DNA of 64,000 nucleotides from the human T2T-CHM13v2.0 reference genome, Homo sapiens. Position 1 is the first letter of the stretch. Every line of letters begins with the position of its first letter. This document shows, piece after piece, positions 29,347-39,526 of the stretch. The notes under the pieces were generated by a model. It did not search any database. It worked only from the letters and a program-made list of their open reading frames with translations, and had not been told where the DNA came from. Location: NCBI RefSeq assembly GCF_009914755.1, contig NC_060933.1; one strand, given 5' to 3'. The position numbers and the translations under genes were made by a program.

Positions 29347-29782
29347 AGTTTGAGAATCAGAAAACAAGGTTTTGGCCCTAGCTTTGCCTTGATGACATTG
29401 CCCACTGGAGCGTATTCCCATTAGTTGAGCACGTACTATTAGGGAGACTTTTCTGGGCTCTAGAATGTGTCATTTAATCTCCACTACCTCAGCAGCATAG
29501 GCATTGTTTTGGAAAGGGGGGAGATGATCTGGTATCTTCCCCAAGGTCCCACCATTAGTAAGCAGCAGTGTAGGGACTGAAACACAGATCTATGACTCTT
29601 AAGCCAACCAGGGCTTTGAATTCTTATCTATACAGCAAAATGGGGGTCTCTTCTAGCTGTGCTATTCTGTGGTCTTTGCTGCCCAAATTGCGTGTTTTTG
29701 AGATATATGGTTACTCTAGAAAAAAGAAAATAATTTTAAACAGTAATATAATAAATATAGATTAGAAGATAAAATGTTTTCA

Positions 29783-30044
29783 GGCCAGGCACTGTGGCTC
29801 ATGCCTGTAATCCCAGCCGTTTGGGAGGCCAAGGCGGGTGGATCAGCCTGGCCAATATAATGAAAACGCATCTCTACTAAAAATGCAAAAATTAGTTGAG
29901 TGTGTTGGTGGGCGCCTGTATTTCCAGTTACTCAGGGGGCTGAGGCAGGAGAATCGCTTGAACCCGGGAGGCGGAGGTTGCAGTGAGCAGAGATAGGCGA
30001 CTGCACTCCAGCTTGGGTGACAGAGCGAGACTGCATCTCAAAAA
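29783..30044 (+). mobile_element. AluS-like with ~24-bp internal deletion
   Basis: GGATCA joined directly to GCCTGGCCAA; TSD AAATGTTTTC at 29772-29781 and 30214-30223. Confidence 0.9.
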
Positions 30045-30216
30045 GAAGAAGGAGAAGAAGAAGGAGAAGGAGAAGGAGAAGGAGAAGGAGAAGGAGAAGG
30101 AGAAGGAGAGGAAGAGGAAGAGGAAGAGGAAGAGGAAGAAGAAGAAGAAGAAGAAGAAGAAGAAGAAGAAGAAGAAGAAGAAGAAGAAGAAGAAGAAGAA
30201 GAAGAAGAAGAAGAAA
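30040..30216 (+). repeat. Pure-purine Alu tail: (GAGAAG)n-(GAGGAA)n-(GAA)27
   Basis: Uninterrupted GAA from 30135 to 30215 (81 nt). Confidence 0.95.
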
Positions 30217-31899
30217 TGTTTTCTGTTGAGAAGTGCTGTTGGTATGGATTATTTATTGACTCTTACCTAGAAATCTTCAGAATGCTGGTATGTATGGAAG
30301 AAACAGGTAGTTCTAATATCCTGCCTCTTTTCCTTCAGCTATTTGGATTTCCTGCATCTCACTTCAGCACCCTTTAGGAATGAAGAATGCCAGCCTGACC
30401 AAATCCAGAACTACACTTTCCTGGAAGCCTGGCTAAAAGTCCCAGACTGGCAAGGGGCAAGCAGCCAGCAGCGTGTGCGGGTGGCAGGCCTGTCAGTGGC
30501 CACCTCAGTGCCACCTGCTCTCACACAAAGTGAAGAATGGAGCCACTCCGCTTCCCAGGTTATTAATCCAGTCACCTACAAATTCAACTCTCTGCCCTTC
30601 AGAAGGTTCAGCTATAAACCTTCTTGGAGTGCCAATATAACTTAGTTATTAAGAATGTGGACTTTGAAGTCAGATCAAACTTGTTTCAAATTCCAGCCCA
30701 GAGCTTTTGGGCTGGGTTACTTTGGAAAAGTTCTCTAACCTTTTTGAACTTCAGTTTCTTCCTCAGCAAAAATAATAATAATAATAAAACGTACCCTACA
30801 AATTGTTGGAGGATTGGGTTGAATAATGAATCAAAGTGTTAAGCATATACCTAGCAAAGGTAAGTACCACATAAATAACACGTCCTGTGATGATCATTGT
30901 CACTATGCCTTTCTCCTTTCCACATTCTCCACATTCTTCTCTCCCTCTGTCACCAAAGAGAAGTCCTTTCAAAATTTTTGCTCCCACAGCATTCAATCTC
31001 ATCTCATTATCTCCTGTGTCCTTCATCTGGAATCTTCCATCCCACTTCCACCCTCAAAAGATTTCTCCATTTATTATGTAGAAAATGAAGCTGGAGCCTG
31101 AGTTCATCTCAGAGGTTGTATACTCGCATCCAAGAAGAGTACCCCTGTAGAAGGCAGTGGGGAGCTACAAATAAAGAAAGACTTCATCCCCTGTTACATA
31201 AACCAAAGGTGGGTATAACTTACATTCAGAAAAGATGGAGAGAAGTAGAAGCACGTTTGAGGAAAATAGAGAAAATGGCAATATTATTTGTGGAAAGTGT
31301 AAAAAGGAATGAAGGAGGGAAGATAAATAAAGAGATAAGGCCTTGCACCCATGTTTCCTGAGTTAGAAGCAGATCGGGCAGCTGGAAGACCCAACCTTCC
31401 AGGCAGGCAGACAGCTGACCTCGTTAGCACCCCTCCGCCATGTCATTCAAGGTGTGTGGCTGGCCTGCACCAGAGCACGCCTGTCCTCCGTGGCACAGCT
31501 GACTCTTAGGCGTGCTAGATCCCCCACTGGGGTGCCAGATGGAGGTGTAAATAAGAGGCTGGAACAAGTTATCTCTGTGGCAGGGAGCCCAGGAAAATTC
31601 GTCCAATTGCTGGCACTCCAGCAGGAGGCTGCATGCTCAGTGATCATGACCAGGCAGCAGATGTCCTGGCTTCCTTGGAGGGGAGAAAAGGAGGGTATTC
31701 ATGCTCTTGCAATTTATTTCCTACCCAGACCCAGGGCGGGCCTGCTCTTTTTGCCACTCCGTTTAATGGCTTTTCTTTGGGTCATTTGCCAAGTGAGAAC
31801 AGAGACCCTCTGATCCGAAGGAGGAATGGAAAAGCTGTCAGTTAAAAAAAATGGGAAGAATAGAAAGGCAGTCATTTATTAAAAAATAATTATGTTTTT

Positions 31900-32465
31900 T
31901 ACCATATGACCCAGGAATTCCACTCCTGGGTATCTACCCAAGAGAAATAAAAACATACATCCACGTAAACACACACCCTAGTATGCACAGCAGTATCATC
32001 CATAACAGCCAAAAAGAGGAAACAAACCAAATGTTCATCAACTGGCAAATGGATAAACAAAATGTGATATATCCATACCATGGAACATTATTGAGTCATA
32101 AAGAGGAATGACGTACTGATACAAGATACGACATGGATGAACCTTGAACACATTATGCTAAGTGAGAAAAGCCAGGCACAAAAACTCACATATTGTATGA
32201 TTCCATTTATATACAATATCTAAAATATACAAATCCACAGAGACAGAAAATATATTAGTATTGCCTAGATCAGTTAGGGCAGAGGGAATGGGGAGTAACT
32301 GCTAATGTACATTGGATTTCTTTTGGAATGACAACATTTTTCTAAAATTAGATAGTGAAGCTGCTTGCTCGACTTTGTAAATCTGCTGAAGACCATTGGA
32401 TTTTGTGCTTTAAATAGATGAATTTTATGATATGCAAATTATGTCTCATACAGCTGTTAAGTAAA
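31900..32465 (+). mobile_element. L1MB-type 3' end
   Basis: accatatgacccaggaattccactcctgggtatctacccaagagaaa...atggatgaaccttgaacacattatgctaagtga. Confidence 0.85.
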
Positions 32466-34441
32466 TGAATAAGTAAAAATATAATAATTATATTCTGGGA
32501 TGTTGTGGTCAGAGAAAACAAGCAGCTACCTCTTGCTCACAGTGTGTGAAGGTAAATTTGCCAGTCATTTCTCCAGTGCCCTCTCCCCTCCTCCAACCCC
32601 AAAGGCATAGTCTCTGACATCTTCTTCCTCAAGATGCATGTACTCCCTTATCCATCCTGGACCTATGAGGGAAGCTGCCTATAGAGATTCTGCAAAAGTG
32701 AGGGTCCCTTTTGACTCAGGTCTAATAGGGAAGAGAAAGCAGGATCACACATAGGTATGTATAGCTCAGATCTCAGCTGGGGTCTCCTTGTCTTTTTAGA
32801 TACAGAAAGGGCTGGCTCAAATCTTCATTCTACAACTTCCAGAAAGTTCAATGCTTTCCCCTAATTTGGGGGGAACTTCCCAAGAGAGTTATAATATTAA
32901 TGTCACCTTGGCTCAGAGCTTCTCATTTCACTAACTCAGTTCAGTCAAGTACCTGGCTCATCACAGCAGACCCTTGTACCAGCCCTGCCAGTGCCATGAT
33001 GGGAAATTTGGTTCCCTTTATTTGATTTCCATAAAACCCAAAAACAAACAAACAAACAAACAAAAATTTCACTTTCAAAAAGCCTTTATGTAGACATAAC
33101 TAAAAGTTTACAAAGAGAAATGGGAATTACATGGTGGCAACAGATCAATTTAAAATTGAGCCTTAATCCTGTCAACTGATCATAGGAAGAGAAAAAGAAG
33201 ACAGAAAATAAACAAAATTGAGCATAGTCATCCTTATTTGTAGAAGTCCTTTGAAATACCACACCATGTATGAGATACCATGTATGGTGTGTTCTATTCA
33301 CTGCTTCAAACTCTGCTTCTCTTCTCTCCTTTCTCATCTCTCCTCCTCATCTATTTCCTCACAAATTCCACTCAGAGATCTGAGTTACTTTTTCTCCCCT
33401 GGGCAGCAGTCTTCAACTCACCTTTAAACTTTATATTTCCAAACAGATCAATGTACTGGCCTATTGTACAGGGTTATCTGCTCTGCTAGCAACAAGTTGA
33501 CTCACAAAAACCGTTTTCTTCCTTTAACACGTTCCATATTCTTTAAACGGCACTTTTGGTATTGCATCACAATTTTAGTTTCTCTTTTAAGTATATTCCA
33601 AGGTTGTGTTGTGAGGCCACAGGAGAGGCAAAGGGGAATGCTATAAATGAGTTCAGAGGAAAGGCAGTCTCTTTTCCTCTGATACTGCAGGGAAGAATCA
33701 AAATAAGGAAACTGCAAACAGGTTGGGAATGTGTAGAGTGTTTCTGCTCCGAGATAGAACTCACAGTGTGTTTGTATGAAATGGAGGATGGAGTTGGATG
33801 CTGAGCTGTGATGAGAAGCAGTCCTTCTACATATCTGTTTTCTCCCCTGCCCCTTTGCCCTGTGACTTTGGGGGTGAAATAGACAAGAAAACACCAGAGA
33901 AGAATTAACAAAGGACAACAATTCCTTTATACTCAGATGATGTAATTTCGTTTTCTTGAGCTAGACATGACCAGAACAGACACTGGCCTTGTTAGCTAAT
34001 CATTGCCAGGAAGAAAGGCAAGGGAAGATACAGGAGATTTTGAACCTGAAGCTATTTTTTAAATAGACATCCACCTTCTTTAAACTGGGTTATAAAACTC
34101 AAAGCCCACACAAGAAAAACACTTACACATTTGCTTGCTAAAATCAAGAATAACACTGCTTAAAATTAGGTAAGTATCAATGTTTTTATCGTAGGCATGT
34201 AGGAAATCTAGCCAAGACTAGAGCTACTTGGTTAGTAATATACAGACTATAAGTATCTGGTGTTTTAGGCATTCATTTGAAATAAAGTAAAGACAATTTT
34301 TGAAATGGAGTAAAACAATGCTTGTATCAGCTTCCACATGTGTGTCGTCGTCTGCTGAGTAGAGGCTGAATGGTCTGGCTCCTTAACTTTCATCAGACCA
34401 ATGCTAGGGGAGAGTCTGAGCTTCACAATCAAGAAAGGCTT

Positions 34442-35239
34442 TGTGTTAATCTGTTTGGGTTGTGTATTAGTCTGTTCTCACGCTGCTAATAAAGACACAC
34501 CCAAGACTGGGTAATTTATAAAGAAAAGAAGTTTAATTGACTTAGAGTTCGGCATGGCTGAGGAGGCCTCAGGAAACTTACAATCATGGCAGAAGGAAGA
34601 GCAAACACGTCCTGCTTCAAATGATGGCAGCAAGGAGAAGTGCCAAGCAAAAGGGGGAAAAGCCCCTTATAAAACCATCAGATCTCATGGGAATGCACTC
34701 ACTATCATGAGAACAGCAGCATGGGGGTAGCTGCCCCCATGATTCAATTACCTCCTACCAGGTCTTTCCCATGACACATGGGGATTATGGGAACTACAAT
34801 TCAAGATGAGATTTGAGTGGGGACACAGCTAAAAGGAATTGCTACAAAGGAATATCTGAGACTGGGTAATTTATAAAGAAAAGAGGTTTATTTCAGCTGA
34901 CAGTTCTGCAGGCTGTACAGGCATGGCACCAACATCAGCTCAGCTTCTGGTGAGGGCCTCAGGAAGCTTTTTAGTCATAATAGAAGGCAAAGGGGGAGCC
35001 AGTATACCACATGGCAAGAGGGAGCAAGAGAGAGCAGGGGGAGGTCCCACACTCTTAAATAACCAGATCTTGAGTGAACTAGCTGAATGAGAACTCACTA
35101 ATCACCAAGGAAGTGGTGCTAAGCTATTCATGAGGGATCTACCCCCATGATTTAACACTTCCCACCTGGCCCCACCTTCAGCATCGCAGATCACATTTCA
35201 ACATGAAATCTGGAGGGGTCACACATCCAAATCATATCA
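34442..35239 (-). mobile_element. Nested MaLR solo LTRs: THE1-type LTR (~34463-34832) inserted into an MST-type LTR
   Basis: MST end tgtgttaatctgtttgggttg is interrupted by tgtattagtctgttctcacgctgctaataaagac..., then resumes at ttgctacaaaggaatatctgagactggg and ends atcatatca. Confidence 0.8.
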
Positions 35240-35630
35240 GGCCTAAAATTCATTTTGGATGTTATCACCAAATGAGTTTTACACACAGTTATTGCTTCAT
35301 GCATGGATTCAAAGCATTACTTTACTAAACGTATAAATCCAATTTATACCACAAGTTTTGGTAACTCTGGTTTTGCCATTTCTTCACTTTTATTATATTT
35401 ACTGGAAACTTAAAAGTATGGAAGTAGCCTGTGTGTCCCTTGGCCTTTGAAAGGCCCTGTCTTTCACTTATCTTGATTGTTTATATACATATGTATCTTA
35501 TATATGAATCACACACACACTTACATATATATATATATATATATATGCACACAAATATCTTTATTCCACAGCAAAGGAAAATAAACTTGGCCTTAAGTTC
35601 CCTAATGATTTAGCAAACAATCACTGCAAA

Positions 35631-35934
35631 GAAATATTAGGGGAGGATTGCTTGAAGAAGATGCAGTCCATCTAGTTTGAATGATCTCAGAGGTATCAAG
35701 AATGAGAACCTTATATGCTTGTGCCTACACCTTTCCTACTGGAATCATTTTGGAGGAATAGCACTTGTGTGCTTTTGGTATGAAATATTAGGGGAGGATT
35801 GCTTGAAGAAGATGCAGTCCATCTAGTTTGAATGATCTCAGAGGTATCAAGAATGAGAACCTTATATGCTTGTGCCTACACCTTTCCTACTGGAATCATT
35901 TTGGAGGAATAGCACTTGCGTGCTTTTGGTATGA
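35631..35934 (+). repeat. 151-bp tandem duplication (2 copies)
   Basis: 35631-35781 equals 35782-35932 with one mismatch (35768/35919). Confidence 0.95.
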
Positions 35935-36504
35935 CACCATCTGATTTGTCTGAAGGTCATGATCAGAAAAAAGTCTGTTCAACTTACCCTTGGGCTGTTG
36001 TCCAGTAATCTCTTCATAGGCTATGCTCTTTATGAAGTGCTCAGAGATCCCCGTCTGATTAGAAAATTAAGAATAGTTGTGCTATTCTTAACACTGTTTT
36101 ATTGATTGCAGCTTTATGATGCATTTAGACATCTGAAAGAATATACTCCTCACAATCTCCTTCCAATATTTCTTGCTCTTATTACCTCTTAATTTTTTAA
36201 ACACAGTTTAGAATGATTTCATGAAGTTCCCAATTAGATATTTTGATTGAAATTATACTAAACTTATAAACAAATTAGGAAATAATTGATATGTTAGTGA
36301 AACTTGCCATCAAGAAAAATAATATGCTTCTGTATTCACATCTTAATTTTTATAATTCACTAAATGTTTGTAGTTCTTTTGACAACTGGCCCTGTGCACT
36401 TCTTAAGTTTGTTTTAAGAAGATTTCTGTTATGTTAAATTGGACATTTTCTTATTATATTTTTAATCTATTAATGCTGTTGGAAAATCTATTTTTTTATT
36501 ATAG

Positions 36505-36750
36505 GAAAGCTTGAGCCTAGAAGTTTGAGACCAGCCTGGGCAACATGATGAAACCCTGTCTCTACTAAAAATGCAAAAATTAGCCAGGCGTGGTGGCACA
36601 TGCCTGTAGCCCCAGCTACTTGGAGGCTGAGGCAGGAGAATCGCTTGAGCCCGGGAGGTGTGGCTGCAGTGAGCCGAGCTCACGCCATTGCACTCCAGTC
36701 TAGGCAACGGAGTGAGACTCTGTCTCAAAACAAACAAACAAACAAACAGG
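36505..36750 (+). mobile_element. 5'-truncated Alu (J-like)
   Basis: gcttgagcctagaagtttgagaccagcctgggcaacatg... with (CAAA)n tail. Confidence 0.85.
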
Positions 36751-37110
36751 GAAGAACAAAAAAAGAAAGAAAAAAGATACAAAGGAAGGAAGGAGAGAGC
36801 GAGGGAGAGAAAGAAAGGGCAAGCAAACAAGAAAGAAGAAAGAAAGAAAGAAAGAAAGAAAAAGAAAGAGAGAGAAAGAAAAAGAAAGAAAGGAAGAAAG
36901 AGAGAGAAAGAAGAAAGTTGAAAGAAAGGAAGAAAGACGGGAAGGAAGGAAAGAAAGAAAGAAAAAGAAAGAAAGAAAGAAGGAAGGAAGGAAGGAAGGA
37001 AGAAAGAAAGAGGAAAGCAAGAAAGAAAGAAAAGAAAAGAAAGAAAAGAAAAGAAAAGAAAAGAAAAGAAAAGAAAAGAAAAGAAAAGAAAAGAAAAGAA
37101 AAGAAAAGAA
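36751..37110 (+). repeat. ~360-bp GA-rich tract ending in (GAAAA)13
   Basis: (GAAA)n and (GGAA)n blocks, then pure GAAAA 37043-37107. Confidence 0.92.
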
Positions 37111-37114
37111 GGCA

Positions 37115-37650
37115 GGTGGGCGGGCGGGCAGGCAGGCGACTGACAATTTTAAAACATTAATAACAGCTGAACCGCTGTGGCGGCAGCTGCTCTGGCCGGT
37201 GCGAGGCAGCGGCGCCCGGCGCCTGCAGGAGGTGCTGGCGGCCCAGGTTGGAGGCGGGGACACAGTCAGAGCCGGGTGGGGCATGGAGGGCCGAGGTGGG
37301 CTATCTGTTTAGGCCGGGACGGGGGTGCAGGGCTAGGGCGGGGACCCTGTCCCGACCGGGTCACTCTCGTGGGAAGAGGGCGGGCGCTGTGTCCGGCAGT
37401 CAGAACAAGCGGCTGCGAAGGAGAAACGAAGCGCACAGAACCGTGAGCTCCACAGGGAACGGACTGATCCTTTGCTAGTCCCCGATGCCCGCACTAAACC
37501 TGTCACAAGGCGGCGCACGGGTACCTGGTGGCCGAAGAGGCAGCGGTGTCCAGTGAGTTGGATTCTGGAGGCGGTGGGAGCCAACACTTGCTGCGCATCA
37601 GTGAGCAGAGCCACAGTCAAATCCATGTGACCTTCCAAGAGCAAGCACAA
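37115..37650. promoter_or_regulatory. CpG island / putative alternative promoter
   Basis: About 40 CpGs in ~480 bp (hand count) and several GGGCGG/GGCGGG GC boxes in otherwise CpG-poor DNA. Confidence 0.7.
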
Positions 37651-38499
37651 TTGTCCTGTGCAAATCCCAGACGGATGTTCCAGAAAAGAGAAATAGCAAC
37701 ATAAAAACCATATGTCTCCAGGCAGCTTACTAAAAAGTATAGTTCATAAGTAACCATAATTCTGGGCAACAGCACAGTCTGCTGAACTAACCTTACAAGT
37801 ACAATAAAATGTGTCACCTTAGCGTATTAAAGCAACATATTATCAGGCAAAGAACAGGTGCTCAGACATATATAAATATCTCCAACAACAAACGGAAAAT
37901 GCATCTTTATAAAAATCATTTCCAACATCATCAAACAGCATAAAATATTTATAAACAAACCTAGCAAATAGGTAAGATCTCTATGGAGAAAATTAGAAAA
38001 TCATTTTAATTTTAAAACTTAAATATAATTAAAAATGTAGTACCATAGTCACTCTGATCTCATTTCAAGTGCTTACTAGCCATGTGTTGCTAGTGGCAAG
38101 AGTGTTGCACAGTGCAGTATTAGACCTCTAAGGTTATAGAAAACTAAGGAAGTTTTTTAGTTTGTTGCGGAGAAGTATGATATGGTTATCAATAAAACTT
38201 CCAAGCCTAAAAATATATTACATTTACATAAAGTTCTGTGAGGGATATGGAACCGAATAATGTAAATGTTCTGAACTTTAACATGTAATTTTCTTTAATG
38301 GGTATTTAATCATTATCTTGTTTAAGATTCCATGATTTGTACTTAAAAGGGTCACCAATGTTAAAACATACTGGATATGACATCCTTTGGAATTATTTAC
38401 ATTTATAATAGAACATAGATACTCATTTACAATGCGAAAGTGTATATGGTCTCTCAAAATTATTTTTGAGAAGAATGCAGGTTTTTTTGTTTTTGTTTT

Positions 38500-38675
38500 G
38501 TTTTGGTTTTTTTTTTTTTTAGAGATGGGGGCTTGCTATGTTGCTCAGGTTGGAGTACAGTGGCTGTTCACAAACACAGTCATTGTGCACTACAGCCCCA
38601 AACTCCTGTGAGTGACCCTCTTGCATCAGGCTCTGGAGTAGCTAGGACTACAGGCTCAGGCCACCACTCCCAGCT
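38500..38675 (-). mobile_element. Alu monomer (FRAM/AluJ right arm)
   Basis: Poly-T then agagatggggg...gttgctcaggttggagtacagtggc...gtagctaggactacagg. Confidence 0.75.
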
Positions 38676-39526
38676 TGAAGACTGCCGTCTTAAGGGTACT
38701 TAATAATTTTTTTTCAGTGGCTATATATATTTTAAATGTTTTATCTGTCAAAAAGAAAAAAAAAGAACAGATGTTGAGTATTATCAAAGTCTTTGGGGCC
38801 ATTACAAATAATTTTTTTGTTTTTCACTGCTAATATGAAGATTTTGATATCATTAATTACTTTATATCATTTGTATCCTTGGAATATTACTTGATTATAA
38901 ACCAAGGTCCCATGGAATTCAGTCCTGCCATGAACACATGCAAAGTCATGTAATCAAAGTAATGAAAAAATAATTTAAAAGCATATTTGTGTTTCTCAAG
39001 GGACATTAACAAAGATCAGATTCATAAACAGAGTAACACTTCTTTATACCCACTTTTCTTTGATTTTTCACTCCATAAATACTCCAGAGTCTCTCACTAT
39101 CTCACGCCCTCCCTTTCGTCTCTTCCAAAGGTCACCCAGATAAGTCTTTAGAACAGATTATTTTCGGTACTCCTTCCCTGTGCCACATCACATCTCTTTT
39201 CCACAGGAAATTGAAGCCAACACTAGTATTTCTGCTCACAAGCTGCACCAGGGCTCCTGAAAACAGCTGGAGGACATGGAAACTCTATGCCTCCATTTGT
39301 CTGTAATTCTTTACAGAGAGAACTTAAGACCCTCTAAGAAATGTAGTTGTTGTCTCACTCTGGCTGCTTTTCTCAAAAAATCCTCTTGGAAAATTCCTTA
39401 AGAATAAAACCATCTATCTTTTTGCTGGACTGAAATTTCCTTGGCCAAGCTGTATTATCATCTCTATATATCATATACATGAGATGATATATATATGTAC
39501 ATAGATATACACACACACACACACAC

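Noticed and set aside
29983-30270. Poly-Lys / poly-Arg ORFs
   Set aside because: Translations of the GAA/GAG microsatellite
30658-30666. Perfect HNF4 motif TGGACTTTG
   Set aside because: Falls in MIR-like sequence where this string is common; not enough evidence alone
23382-35934. Repeat pairs as CRISPR-like arrays or LTRs of a new element
   Set aside because: Only two copies each, no spacer structure, no TG...CA termini, PBS or TSD; the DNA between the 208-bp pair is the native ALDOB promoter
36600-37284. 186-aa K/R/E-rich and 194-aa F/S/L-rich ORFs
   Set aside because: Alu plus purine microsatellite that lacks stop codons by composition
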